From: Coraliomargaritaceae bacterium
GTDB taxonomy: Bacteria > Verrucomicrobiota > Verrucomicrobiia > Opitutales > Coraliomargaritaceae
DNA length: 64,000 bases
Assembly (NCBI GenBank): GCA_965660635.1
Contig: CBFIAS010000002.1
Location: forward strand, 5,426-69,425
Reading direction: 5' to 3'
Below, in pieces: positions 48,386 through 59,129 of the stretch; the first letter of the stretch is position 1; each line of letters begins with the position of its first letter. A program made the translations under genes and the position numbers. The notes under the pieces are model-generated. The model was not told the origin of the DNA. It was given only the letters and a program-made list of their open reading frames with translations, and did not search any database.

Positions 48386-48427
48386 AGCGGTCGCCGGTAT
48401 CTACCGTCGGCCGCTTTTTATTTTTTC
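48386..48427 (+). terminator. intrinsic terminator after ilvC
   Basis: AGCGGTCGcCGGTA-tc-TACCGtCGGCCGCT extended hairpin followed by TTTTTATTTTTT. Confidence 0.8.
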
Positions 48428-48429
48428 CC

Positions 48430-49284
48430 GTGTCCAGCCAGGTCCAGATAGCCACCCGCAAAAGCCCGCTCGCCCGCAAGCAGACGGAACTGGTCCGCCA
48501 ATGGCTGGAGCGGTGCCAGCCCAGCCTCGAGACCGCCGCCCTGCCCCTCAGCACCAAAGTCGACGAGCGCCTCAACTGGTCTCTCGAGAAGCGTGGCGGC
48601 ATCGGCCTCTTCACCAAGGAACTCGAAGCCGCCCTGCTCGGCAATCAGGCCGGTCTCGCCGTCCATAGCGCGAAGGACCTGCCCACAACTATCAGCGAAG
48701 GCCTCACCATCGCCGGATACCTCCCCCGCGCCCGGGCCAATGACATCCTTGTTCTCCGCGGCAATGGCAAAGAACCCGCGACCATCGCCACCGGCAGCCC
48801 GCGCAGACGCGCCCAAATCACGCCGATCCACCCGCAAGCCGAATTCGTCAACATCCGCGGAAACGTCGCCACCCGCCTCGCCAAAATCGCCTCCGGCGAA
48901 GCAGACGCCACCCTGCTGGCCGCTGCCGGGCTCGACCGCCTCGAAATCCGTGGCCATGAAGGCCTGGTCTTCAACGAACTCAGTTTCGAGCAGGTCGTCC
49001 CCGCACCCGGGCAGGCCGCTATCGCCATCCAGTGCCGTATCGATGATCTGGATACATACAAGGACTGCTTCTGCCCGGAAACAAAACGCGCCGTCTCCCT
49101 GGAGCGGGCTTTCCTCCGGCGGCTGGGCAGCGGCTGCCAGACCCCCGTGGGCGCGCACTTCGCGGAAAACGTCTTCCATGTCTTCCATCCCGGCACCGGC
49201 TACCGGCAGTTTAACCTGCAACTGGAATCCATCGGGGAAATCGAGCCCGCGCTGGACGGGATCCTCGCCTCACTTAAACTCTGA
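48430..49284 (+). CDS. hemC: hydroxymethylbilane synthase (porphobilinogen deaminase)
   Basis: GTG start. IATRKSPLARKQ, cofactor Cys context GSGCQTPVG. 284 aa. Confidence 0.9.
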   Translation: MSSQVQIATRKSPLARKQTELVRQWLERCQPSLETAALPLSTKVDERLNWSLEKRGGIGLFTKELEAALLGNQAGLAVHSAKDLPTTISEGLTIAGYLPRARANDILVLRGNGKEPATIATGSPRRRAQITPIHPQAEFVNIRGNVATRLAKIASGEADATLLAAAGLDRLEIRGHEGLVFNELSFEQVVPAPGQAAIAIQCRIDDLDTYKDCFCPETKRAVSLERAFLRRLGSGCQTPVGAHFAENVFHVFHPGTGYRQFNLQLESIGEIEPALDGILASLKL

Positions 49285-49287
49285 ATC

Positions 49288-50829
49288 ATGTCCAGCGGCA
49301 ATCCAACTGGCAAAGTCCACCTCGTCGGCGCAGGCCCCGGAGATCCCGGCCTGACCACCGTGCGCGCACGCCAACTGATCGGGACCGCCGACGTCATCGT
49401 CTACGACTACCTGGCCAACCCCCGGCTCCTCGACTGGGCCAGGCCGGAGGCCGAAAGGATCTTCGTGGGAAAGAGCCCCGGACGCCATTCCAAGCCGCAG
49501 GAGGAAATCGAAGCCATTCTCGTCGAGCACGCGCAACAAGGCAGGCAAGTCGTGCGGCTCAAGGGTGGCGACCCCTTCATCTTCGGGCGGGGAGGTGAAG
49601 AAATCGAGCAACTGCAGGCCAACAACATTCCCTTCGAGATTGTCCCCGGCGTGACCGCCGCCCTCGCTGCCGCCGCCTACTCCGGCATCCCCCTGACCCA
49701 CCGCGGACACAGCTCCTCCATAACCTTCCTTACCGGCCACGAGAACCCGGAAAAGCAGGCGCTGAGCATCGACTTCCGCCAACACGCACGCACAGAAGGC
49801 ACACTCTGCCTCTACATGGGCGTCGGGCAACTTCCCCGCATCGTCAGTGAGTTAAAGGAGGGCGGCATGCCTGGTGACACCCCGGTGGCCATTGTCCAAT
49901 GGGCCACGCTGGCCCGGCAGCGCTCCCTCTTCGGTACACTCGATGACATCGTCTCCCGCCTCGAGGCTTCCGGTATCGGCGCGCCTGCCATCATCACCAT
50001 CGGCCAAGTCGTGGCCCAACGCCCGGCCAGCAACTGGTTCCAGGACCGGCCCCTCTTCGGCCAGCGCATTGTCGTGACCCGATCCCGCGAACAGGCCGGA
50101 GAACTCACCTCGCTCCTTGAAGCGCAGGGCGCCGACGTGCTGGAACTCCCCTTCATCAACATCGAGACTCACTACAACGCCAACTCCGTGACCGAAGTCT
50201 TCGCCGGTATCGCCGTCTACGAGTGGATCCTCTTCACCAGCGCAAACGGTGTCCGCGTCTTCTTCGACCTTTTTCACAAAGCCTATGGGGACATCCGCTG
50301 CCTCGGCCCCATGCGCATTGCAGCCGTCGGGCAGGCCACCGCCCGGGAGATCCGCAAGCACAAGCTCAAGGTCGACCTCATCCCGGAAAAAGCCAACGCC
50401 GACGCCTTGGCCGACACACTCATCAAGGATGAAGGCGTGGAAAGCATCAAGATGCTTGTCGTCACCGGAAACCGCAACCGGGAGACCCTGGTCAAGCGCC
50501 TCGAGGAAGAAGGCCGCGCCATTGTCGATACCCTGCCGCTCTACAAGACCACTGCCGCCGAACTAGACAAGGATTCAGCCGCCATGCGCTACCGCCGCGA
50601 GGGCGCTCACGCCGTCCTCTTCACCAGTTCCTCCACTGTCCAGTCCTTCGCCGGGCAGCAATCCTCCACCCTCGCCCTGGAGGACGGAGCCATCCGGCCC
50701 GCTTACGGCAGCATCGGCCCGCTCACCTCGAAAACCATGAACGCGCACAACTTACCGATCGCATTCGAGGCCCCGCATGCCAATCTCGAGCACTTCGTCG
50801 TCGAGACGATTTCTTACCTGAAACAATAA
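49288..50829 (+). CDS. cobA: fused uroporphyrinogen-III C-methyltransferase / uroporphyrinogen-III synthase
   Basis: N-terminal SUMT blocks VHLVGAGPGDPGLTTVRA and RLKGGDPFIFGRGGEE. C-terminal HemD-like domain starts at about RIVVTRSREQAGEL. Confidence 0.88.
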   Translation: MSSGNPTGKVHLVGAGPGDPGLTTVRARQLIGTADVIVYDYLANPRLLDWARPEAERIFVGKSPGRHSKPQEEIEAILVEHAQQGRQVVRLKGGDPFIFGRGGEEIEQLQANNIPFEIVPGVTAALAAAAYSGIPLTHRGHSSSITFLTGHENPEKQALSIDFRQHARTEGTLCLYMGVGQLPRIVSELKEGGMPGDTPVAIVQWATLARQRSLFGTLDDIVSRLEASGIGAPAIITIGQVVAQRPASNWFQDRPLFGQRIVVTRSREQAGELTSLLEAQGADVLELPFINIETHYNANSVTEVFAGIAVYEWILFTSANGVRVFFDLFHKAYGDIRCLGPMRIAAVGQATAREIRKHKLKVDLIPEKANADALADTLIKDEGVESIKMLVVTGNRNRETLVKRLEEEGRAIVDTLPLYKTTAAELDKDSAAMRYRREGAHAVLFTSSSTVQSFAGQQSSTLALEDGAIRPAYGSIGPLTSKTMNAHNLPIAFEAPHANLEHFVVETISYLKQ

Positions 50830-50848
50830 ACCAACTGATCCTAAAAAC

Positions 50849-51311
<463 letters not shown>

Positions 51312-51319
<8 letters not shown>

Positions 51320-52067
51320 ACCAAACGGCATCGTCGCGCTCCACGGCTTTACCGGCCGGGGAAGCGACTTCGCTCCCCTCCAGGCGCTCTGCCCGGAAAG
51401 CGGACACTGGTGCAGCCCCGACCTCCCGGGGCACGGGCCCAGTCCATCGGGCGACTGCGGCCCGCAAGCCGCTATCGATTGCATTAACCGGGCTGCTGGA
51501 GAGTACCCTCATTGCCGGATCCTGCTCGGCTACTCCATGGGCGGGCGCGCCGCACTGCTCCACGCCCTATCCCGGCCGGATCGCTGGGACGGCCTTGTAC
51601 TCATCGGCACAAACCCCGGCATCTCCAATCCAGTCCAGAGAAGCAATCGCGCAAAAGAGGATGCGATCCTCGCGCAACGCATCCAATGCGATGGCCTGGA
51701 CGCCTTCCTCAGACACTGGCAGGAACAACCGTTGATTGCCAGCCAGTCCGCGATTGATCCCGAATGGCGGGCCGGAATGCAGGCCGCCAGAATGAAACAC
51801 TCCGCCTGCGGCCTGGCCCAGAGCCTGCGGCAATTCGGCCAAGGCAGCATCCCCGACCTCTGGCCGGAACTCAGCACAATCCGTTGCCCCGTCCTGCTTC
51901 TCACCGGCGCACTCGACCAGAAGTACACCGCCATCGCGGAAAAAATGCTGCCGCTTCTGCCCGCTGCCATCCATCGCATCCTGCCCGCAGCCGGGCACAT
52001 GGCGCACATCGAATCTCCCGGCGCAGCTGCAGACGCCATCCGCACCTTCCTCCGGGAATTCGCCTGA
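51312..52067 (+). CDS. alpha/beta hydrolase, MenH-like (candidate SHCHC synthase)
   Basis: TTG start overlapping the PPIase stop. HGFTGRGSDF, nucleophile elbow GYSMGGR, C-terminal AGHMAH. Confidence 0.65.
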
Positions 52068-52135
52068 GCCAGCATGCAGGAATAGGTTGACGCGCAGGTT
52101 CTTTTTCCTAGAAAAACTAGTTTTTGTTTGCACCT

Positions 52136-53332
52136 ATGAAATTGATTCGCTGCCTTCTTTCCGTTCTCGCTTCCGCCGCCAGCCTCCAGGCCGGTGGCCT
52201 TTACCTCATCGAGGTCAGCACCACCGAGACCTCCCTCGCCGGTGCCGGCTGGGCGGCCCGCGCCCAGGATCCCTCAACTGTATTCTCCAATCCGGCAGGG
52301 ATGACCGAATTGAAGGGACGCAATCTCCAATCCACCCTGCAGCCGCTCTACACGCCCTTTGAATTCGACCAGAACGGCGGCGGCACGACCGATGCCAAGT
52401 CCTGGTTGCCCACCGGCGGACTGGCCTACACCCACCAGTTGAACGACCAATGGACAGTGGGCGCGGCGGTGGGCGGCTACTTCGGACTGGCTCTGCAATA
52501 CGAGGAGGACTGGCCCGGACGCTATTTCACCCAGGAAGTCACCCTCCAGAGCATCAGCCTGCAGCCCACCGCGGCCTACCGGGTCAATGACCGCCTCTCC
52601 CTCGGATTCGGACTCTCGGTGCTCTATGGCATTTACGAGCTGAAATCCCTCGTCCCCGGCCTCGGAGGCGACCGGAAACTCGATTTCTCAGACGATGTCA
52701 TCTCCTTCCAGGCCAACCTCGGCCTTCTCTACAAACTGAGCGAGCGCACCCGCGTCGGACTGCAGTATTTCTCCGAGTCCAAGCAGGAGTACGAGGACTC
52801 TTTCCCCAACGGCCTGCTGGTCAACAATGTGGAAGTTGAAATGACTCTCCCGCAATCATTCATGGCCAGTCTCTTCCACCAGGTGGACGAGCGCCTCGCC
52901 CTGATGGGCAACATCGGCTGGCAGGAGTGGTCCAGCTTCGGGCAGATCGGGCTGACCACGGAAAACGGCCTGGCCAACATCGATGTGGAGACAGACCGCA
53001 ATTACGACGACACCTGGAACTTCGCTCTCGGCCTGCAATACCAGCTCAACGAGCAATGGCGCCTCAACACAGGCACTGCCTACGATACCGCCATGGCCGA
53101 GGATGAATCCGTCACCGTCGACCTGCCCTCCGGGGACTCCGTCCGGTACGGCATCGGCGCGACCTACCACTATTCAGAGAATCTCGACCTCGACTTCGGC
53201 TATGAAATCCTCTGGTACGGTGATATCAAAGTCGAACAAGGCGATTCCGGAGGAGCCCGTGGCCAGGCATCCGGCACCTATCCGGACACCGCCCTTCACT
53301 TCTTCAGCCTCGGCTTGAACTGGCGGTTCTAG
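52136..53332 (+). CDS. outer-membrane transport protein, OMPP1/FadL/TodX family
   Basis: Signal peptide MKLIRCLLSVLASAASLQA, N-terminal hatch-like GAGWAARAQDPSTVFSNPAGM, beta-strand periodicity, terminal aromatic F. Confidence 0.8.
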   Translation: MKLIRCLLSVLASAASLQAGGLYLIEVSTTETSLAGAGWAARAQDPSTVFSNPAGMTELKGRNLQSTLQPLYTPFEFDQNGGGTTDAKSWLPTGGLAYTHQLNDQWTVGAAVGGYFGLALQYEEDWPGRYFTQEVTLQSISLQPTAAYRVNDRLSLGFGLSVLYGIYELKSLVPGLGGDRKLDFSDDVISFQANLGLLYKLSERTRVGLQYFSESKQEYEDSFPNGLLVNNVEVEMTLPQSFMASLFHQVDERLALMGNIGWQEWSSFGQIGLTTENGLANIDVETDRNYDDTWNFALGLQYQLNEQWRLNTGTAYDTAMAEDESVTVDLPSGDSVRYGIGATYHYSENLDLDFGYEILWYGDIKVEQGDSGGARGQASGTYPDTALHFFSLGLNWRF

Positions 53333-53501
53333 GGCTGGTGGTAAACGCCTGCGGCACTGCTGTTCTAGCCGGAACAACTCCGAGAGGCAGATCGCGGTCA
53401 TTCCAGATGCTCGCCAATCCAGAACTTGATAAGTGACTGCCTGGGGACACCAAGTCGGCAAGCCCGCATATTGCACCAGTTGAAGAGCGTCGGGATGTAA
53501 G

Positions 53502-53747
<246 letters not shown>

Positions 53748-53896
53748 CAATGTATAAAAAATATATCTACCCTGAATCTACCAAGGTTGAAGACCGCGGC
53801 AGCCTTACCTAGCTGTTTCAGTGAGCCCAAACAAGCGTACAGGAAGGCAAGCAAAAGAATTTGACCCCACAGAATGCAATGTGTAGCTTCTTACAC

Positions 53897-54094
53897 ATGG
53901 CGACAAATTTGGCAATCGACGACAACCTCTTGACGAAGGCACTCAAAATCGGAGGCAAAAAGACCAAGAAGGATACAGTAAACGTGGCCTTGAAGGAATT
54001 CATCGTTCGAAGGGAACAAAAGAAAGTGTTGGATCTTTTTGGAACGGTTGAATACTTCGACGATTACGAACCGAAAAAACCACGAAGCAAGTAA
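53897..54094 (+). CDS. vapB: type II antitoxin, VapB family
   Basis: 65 aa, MATNLAIDDNLLTKALKIGG... The stop overlaps the ATG of the PIN gene (TAATG). Confidence 0.8.
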   Translation: MATNLAIDDNLLTKALKIGGKKTKKDTVNVALKEFIVRREQKKVLDLFGTVEYFDDYEPKKPRSK

Positions 54095-54489
54095 TGGTTA
54101 TCGTGGATTCCGACGTATGGTCTGAAGCCTTCCGGAAGAAAGGAAAAGAGAGCAGGAGTGTCCAATGCCTTCGAAGCTTAATCAACGAAGGCGAAATCGT
54201 CATGATTGGACCGATCCGCCAGGAAGTGCTCTCCGGAATCAAGGAGAGTCAACGCTTTGAGCGGATCAAGGAAGCGCTTCGCGCCTTTCCCAGCCGGAAA
54301 ATAGAAGAACCCCTATTTGAAACGGCGGCTTCATTTTTCAATTTGTGCCGGAGTAAAGGAATCCAAGGCTCACATACTGATTTCTTAATTGCAGCGTGCG
54401 CGGTCGAGTGGAGCGCCAGCATTCTTACTAAAGATCGTGATTTCATCCGGTACTCCAAATATCTCCCGATCGAACTGCATAAAGCTTAA
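54094..54489 (+). CDS. vapC: type II toxin, PIN-domain ribonuclease VapC
   Basis: 131 aa. MVIVDSDVW (first acidic residue), EVLSG, DFLIAACA, TKDRDF PIN blocks. Confidence 0.85.
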   Translation: MVIVDSDVWSEAFRKKGKESRSVQCLRSLINEGEIVMIGPIRQEVLSGIKESQRFERIKEALRAFPSRKIEEPLFETAASFFNLCRSKGIQGSHTDFLIAACAVEWSASILTKDRDFIRYSKYLPIELHKA

Positions 54490-54634
54490 CCGTACCGGCC
54501 CAGTCGAGATGGCCAAAACCTGGGCTTCCGGCTTGGCCAAAGCTGCGGCGGACAAGAAGCCTTGTCAGGCCTGTCTAGTTTGCACTGACAACATAGGAAC
54601 TTAAAAGCCAATAATTAGTGGATAGCTTACAAGC

Positions 54635-54826
54635 ATGGGCTTTAGTGAAATCAAAGAGAACCTTCGGAATCTTTCAGAAAAAGAAAGACGCGAGCTTGTT
54701 GCCTGCATCGTCCAGATCGAAGAGGAAAGAGAAGACAGCTACATCGAAAGGATCACTCAGGAAATCGATGACACCAAGGGTTTTGTCCGGTGGAATGAGG
54801 TAAAGAGTGAATTCCTGGAGGATTGA
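54635..54826 (+). CDS. putative addiction-module antitoxin (TIGR02574-like)
   Basis: 63 aa. LRNLSEKERRELVACIVQ matches the L..LS..ER..LA pattern of that family. 1-nt overlap with the downstream toxin frame. Confidence 0.6.
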   Translation: MGFSEIKENLRNLSEKERRELVACIVQIEEEREDSYIERITQEIDDTKGFVRWNEVKSEFLED

Positions 54827-55083
54827 TGGAGCCGTTCGAATTATTGCTTCATGAAGAAGCTCTTGAAGCGCTTCGCAAGACCCGTGGGGAAAACAGAAAG
54901 CAGTTGTATAGCCTGTTCTCCGTATTGCCGACCAATCCATACCTTCAATCGGACGGTTCCTATGAGGATACAAAAGGAAGAGTCGTCCAACAGCTTCAGG
55001 TTCGTAGCTAACTTATCGAATACGTGATTGATGACCCAATGAAAGAAATCAAGATCCTGGAACTCAGGAAACTGTGTTCATGA
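54826..55083 (+). pseudogene. RelE/ParE-type toxin interrupted by an in-frame TAA
   Basis: 61 codons, then TAA (55009-55011), then 23 more in-frame codons LIEYVIDDPMKEIKILELRKLCS. These form the conserved C-terminal strand pattern of RelE/ParE toxins. Confidence 0.6.
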
Positions 55084-55128
55084 ACCTTGTATGAAGCGGG
55101 TAAAGGAGAACAACAGAAGCTGTCTCAA

Positions 55129-56490
55129 TCAGCCCACGCGTTTCCGCATGAAGTCTTTGATCGCCTCGGGCGTTGGCTCGACGTGGTGCTTGACCACTTC
55201 GCGTGCCTTGAGTGCTTCCAGTGATGGATGGGTCGCCTCCTGGCCAATGGCTTCGCGGATGGTGTCTGGAAACTTGGCCGGGTGAGCGGTGGCCAATATC
55301 AATTCCGGGCCGTCGGATCCGACGGGGCGCTTGAAGCCGCAAGCCGTATGGGGATCGACAACGTAATCAAAATCCCGATACACTTGCCCGATAATCCGGG
55401 CGATCTCCCCGTCGTCCATGCGTGAACTGGAAAAAGTGCCGCGGTCAAAATCATCAAAGACATATTCGCCGGTGCTTTTGAAGGCCTGCATGATCTCGCG
55501 CACCTTCCCGCTGTCGCGCCCGACCGCGTAGTAGAGGAACCGTTCGAAGTTTGAGGCCACCTGGATGTCCATCGACGGAGCCACGCTGGGCGCGACGGCA
55601 TCGAGGCGGTAGCAACCAGTGGAGAACAGGCGGTGCAGGATGTCGTTCTGATTGGTCGCTACGCGGAAGCCCCGGATGGGCACGCCCATCTGCTGGACCA
55701 GCCAGCCGGCCAGCACGTTGCCAAAGTTCCCAGTCGGCACAACGAAGGTTGTCTTCTCGCGGATATCCGCGGAAAGACGGAAGAATGCGTAGAGATAGTA
55801 AACACACTGCGCGAGAATGCGGGCGAGGTTGATCGAGTTGACGGCGGAGAGGCCGACTTCAGCAGCAAATTCACGATCCTGAAAGGCGGTCTTCATCGCC
55901 GTCTGGGCGTCGTCGAAGCTCCCCTCGATGGCGAGGGGAAAGACGTTGTCCGCTCCGGTGCAGGTCATCTGCCTTTCCTGTAGGGGCGAGATCCGGCCAT
56001 CCGGATAAAGGATGAAGGTGGTCACGCCTTTCTTCCCGAGCAGCCCATGGATGGCAGCAGCACCGGTATCGCCGGAGGTGGCGCCGAGCACAGCGATCGG
56101 CTTGCCCGTGCGGGCGATCTGGGCTTCGTAGAAGTTGCCCAGCAACTGGAGGGCGAAGTCCTTGAAGGCGAGAGTCGGGCCGTGAAACAACTCCAGCACA
56201 TGGCAGGCATCATCCAGCCGTCTGATCGGTGCGATTGCCGGATCGTCAAATTTCCCGTAGGAACAGCTTACGATCTGGTGCAGTTCTTCGCGGTCAATGT
56301 CCGTAGCGAAGAGCGCGAAGAAAGCTTCGCACAATTCGGCGTAGCCGAGGCCTTCCCATTCCTGAAGGAGGGGCTTCAGGTCGGGCAATTCCTCTGGCAG
56401 GTAGAGCCCGCCGTCGGGGGCCAGCCCGTGCTCGACTGCAGTGGAAAATCCGACTGCGGGAACTTGCCCGCGGGTGCTGAGAAACTTCAT
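55129..56490 (-). CDS. thrC: threonine synthase
   Basis: PLP-lysine context FHGPTLAFKDFA, GATSGDTGAAA. 453 aa. Confidence 0.94.
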   Translation of the reverse strand: MKFLSTRGQVPAVGFSTAVEHGLAPDGGLYLPEELPDLKPLLQEWEGLGYAELCEAFFALFATDIDREELHQIVSCSYGKFDDPAIAPIRRLDDACHVLELFHGPTLAFKDFALQLLGNFYEAQIARTGKPIAVLGATSGDTGAAAIHGLLGKKGVTTFILYPDGRISPLQERQMTCTGADNVFPLAIEGSFDDAQTAMKTAFQDREFAAEVGLSAVNSINLARILAQCVYYLYAFFRLSADIREKTTFVVPTGNFGNVLAGWLVQQMGVPIRGFRVATNQNDILHRLFSTGCYRLDAVAPSVAPSMDIQVASNFERFLYYAVGRDSGKVREIMQAFKSTGEYVFDDFDRGTFSSSRMDDGEIARIIGQVYRDFDYVVDPHTACGFKRPVGSDGPELILATAHPAKFPDTIREAIGQEATHPSLEALKAREVVKHHVEPTPEAIKDFMRKRVG

Positions 56491-56495
56491 GGCAC

Positions 56496-57713
56496 TTACT
56501 TCTTTGCGTCCAGGCCGAAGGCGCGATGAACGATGCGGGTGGCTTCCTCTGCATCGGCAGGATCAATCCCCACGGAGATCTTGATCTCCGAGGTGCTGAC
56601 TAACTGGATGTTTACCTTGGCCTCGGACAAGGCCTCGAAAAGAGTCGCGGCGACACCGGAGTGCGAGCGCATGCCCACGCCGACGACCGAGACCTTGGCG
56701 ATGTCGCTGGACTCGAAGAGGACGCCGGCCGCCTCGGGGAAAGCGCTGGCCACGCCTTCCTGGGAACGGGGCACATCGTCGCGCGGAACGGTGAAGGTCA
56801 TGTTGGCCTTCCCGTTGCGGCCGATGTTCTGGACGATCATGTCGACGCTCACTCCGGCATCGGCGATAGACTGGAAGAGCCGGGCAGCGGTGCCGGGCTG
56901 GTCGGGCAGTTCACTGACGACGATCCTGGCCTGGTTCTTGTCTAGGGCGACGCCGCTGACAACGACGTCCTCCATGGAGGCGGCTTCTTCTTTCACTATG
57001 GTTCCGGGGTTATGGTTAAAGCTGGAGCGGACTTCAAAGACGACATTGAACTTGCGGGCAAACTCGACCGCGCGGTTTTGCATGACCTTCGACCCGGAGC
57101 TGGCCAGTTCGAGCATTTCCTCGTAGGCGATCTCGTCAAGTTTGCGGGCGTTCGGCACGATCCTCGGATCGGCGGTGTAGACGCCGTCCACGTCGGTGCA
57201 GATCTGGCAGAGATCGGCGTCAAGGGCGGCGGCGATGGCAATGGCGCTGAGGTCGGACCCGCCGCGCCCGAGCGTGGTGACCTGCCCGTCGGCAGACTGC
57301 CCCTGGAAGCCGGCAAGGATGACGACCTTACCGGAATCGAGCTGCTCGCGGATGTCACCTCCGCTAATGCTTGTGATGCGGGCGCGGGTGTGGGCCGGAT
57401 CGGTGAGGATACCAGCCTGCCGTCCAGTGCGGGAGACGGCGGGCACGCCGAGGGCGTGGAGGGCCATGGCGGTGAGGGCGATTGTCTCCTGTTCGCCGAC
57501 GGCCAACAGCATGTCCATCTCACGGTCGTCGGGCCTCGGGTTGAGCGCCTTGGCCCGGCCGATTAAGTCATTGGTCACCCCGGAACGAGCGGAAACCACA
57601 ACCACCACTTGGTCGCCCGCGTCGTGGCTGGCCTTGACCCTCTGGGCCACGTTGCGTATGCGGTCCACATCAGCGACGGAGGTGCCGCCAAATTTCTGTA
57701 CAATGAGAGCCAT
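56496..57713 (-). CDS. lysC: aspartate kinase (with two C-terminal ACT domains)
   Basis: IVQKFGGTSV, VVVSARSGVTN, GRGGSDLSA, ACT repeats. Confidence 0.95.
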   Translation of the reverse strand: MALIVQKFGGTSVADVDRIRNVAQRVKASHDAGDQVVVVVSARSGVTNDLIGRAKALNPRPDDREMDMLLAVGEQETIALTAMALHALGVPAVSRTGRQAGILTDPAHTRARITSISGGDIREQLDSGKVVILAGFQGQSADGQVTTLGRGGSDLSAIAIAAALDADLCQICTDVDGVYTADPRIVPNARKLDEIAYEEMLELASSGSKVMQNRAVEFARKFNVVFEVRSSFNHNPGTIVKEEAASMEDVVVSGVALDKNQARIVVSELPDQPGTAARLFQSIADAGVSVDMIVQNIGRNGKANMTFTVPRDDVPRSQEGVASAFPEAAGVLFESSDIAKVSVVGVGMRSHSGVAATLFEALSEAKVNIQLVSTSEIKISVGIDPADAEEATRIVHRAFGLDAKK

Positions 57714-57722
57714 TGTGAGGAC

Positions 57723-59051
57723 TTAGAGAGCGGGTTCGAAGATACGGAAGCTGACGGGTGCGGCCAGCACGGAAGCCTCGGCGGCGAGATCGTCTTTGAC
57801 TGCGGAAAGGGCGGATTCACCGGTCTGGTGAGTGGTCAGCATGATGGAGGCGGTGCCGTCGGGCAGTTCCTTCTGCTTGACCGTGGCTAGGCTGATGTGG
57901 CGGGCGGCCAGGATGTTGGAGATGCGAGCCAGCACGCCCTCCTCGTCTTTGACCTGTATGCGCAGGTAGTAGCGACCTTGCAGATCCTCTGCCGGGGTGA
58001 GTTCGAGACCGTCGGCCAATTCGCGGTAGCGGGCCTCGTCCTCTTCGCTGATCGCTGGTGCGGGGGCGCCCTGCAGCATGAAAACAGCGTCTGCGATATC
58101 GCTGATGACAGAGCTGGAAGTAGCGTCCTGCCCGGCCCCGCGCCCGATCAGGATGGTCGTGCCGACCACGTCCCCGGTCACGCTGACGGCGTTGTAGACT
58201 TCGTCCACCCCGGCAACGACTTCGCGCTTGTCGATCCAGGCCGGATGCAGGCGGACGGATAACTTGTTGGCGGAAAAGTCCCGTTCAATGACGCCGAGCA
58301 GCTTGATCTTGTAGCCGAGTTCGGAGGCGATGGCGATGTCGTCTCCGGTGATTTCGCGGATTCCCTCGCAGATGATCTGGTTGAGGCCGACCCATTTTCC
58401 GTGGGCCAGGTAGGCGAGAATGACAGTCTTGTGGGCAGCATCGATGCCGTCGAGATCGAGGGCCTCGTCAGCTTCTACGTAGCCCAGCCTACGGGCGTCG
58501 CCAAGGGTGTCCTCAAAGCTCAGGCCCTCGCGCTCCATGCGGGTGAGAATGTAGTTGGAGGTGCCGTTGAGGATGCCGTAGATGAGCTTGAAGCGGTTGG
58601 CTACCAGGGCCTCGCGAATGGTCTTGATGATGGGGATGCCCCCGGCCACGGACGCCTCGTAGAAGTAGTGCCCGCCGTTGGCGTGGGCGGTGGCGAAAAG
58701 TTCCTGCCCGTGCTCGCAGATGAGGGCCTTGTTGGCGGTCACGACAATCTTGCCTCCGGCAAGGGCGCGGCGCGTGAGTTCCAGTGCTTCTCCGGTTCCG
58801 CCCATGAGTTCGCAGACGATATCGATCTCCGGGTTATCGACCACCCGGGCGGGGTCGGTGGAGTAGCGTTCAGCAGGAACTTGGACATCCCGCTGCTTTC
58901 CGGCGTTCTTGACGACTACCTGGGAGATATCGAGCCTGGCCCCCAGCCGGTATTCCAGGGCCTGACGGTTCTTCTCGATGTTTTTCCAGACTCCCTGGCC
59001 GACGACGCCGAAACCCAGGAGCCCGATGCGGACGGTGCGTTTGGTAGACAT
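57723..59051 (-). CDS. hom: homoserine dehydrogenase (C-terminal ACT domain)
   Basis: RIGLLGFGVVGQGV, TANKALI, GILNGTSNYIL. Start at MSTKRTVRIG. Confidence 0.93.
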   Translation of the reverse strand: MSTKRTVRIGLLGFGVVGQGVWKNIEKNRQALEYRLGARLDISQVVVKNAGKQRDVQVPAERYSTDPARVVDNPEIDIVCELMGGTGEALELTRRALAGGKIVVTANKALICEHGQELFATAHANGGHYFYEASVAGGIPIIKTIREALVANRFKLIYGILNGTSNYILTRMEREGLSFEDTLGDARRLGYVEADEALDLDGIDAAHKTVILAYLAHGKWVGLNQIICEGIREITGDDIAIASELGYKIKLLGVIERDFSANKLSVRLHPAWIDKREVVAGVDEVYNAVSVTGDVVGTTILIGRGAGQDATSSSVISDIADAVFMLQGAPAPAISEEDEARYRELADGLELTPAEDLQGRYYLRIQVKDEEGVLARISNILAARHISLATVKQKELPDGTASIMLTTHQTGESALSAVKDDLAAEASVLAAPVSFRIFEPAL

Positions 59052-59129
59052 GTTTGCTGCTAAAAAGCAGGAGACAATCGCCCAAACGGGAATTTTCAAG
59101 GGCAGACTTCTCCGTGACGTCGAGCGCGG

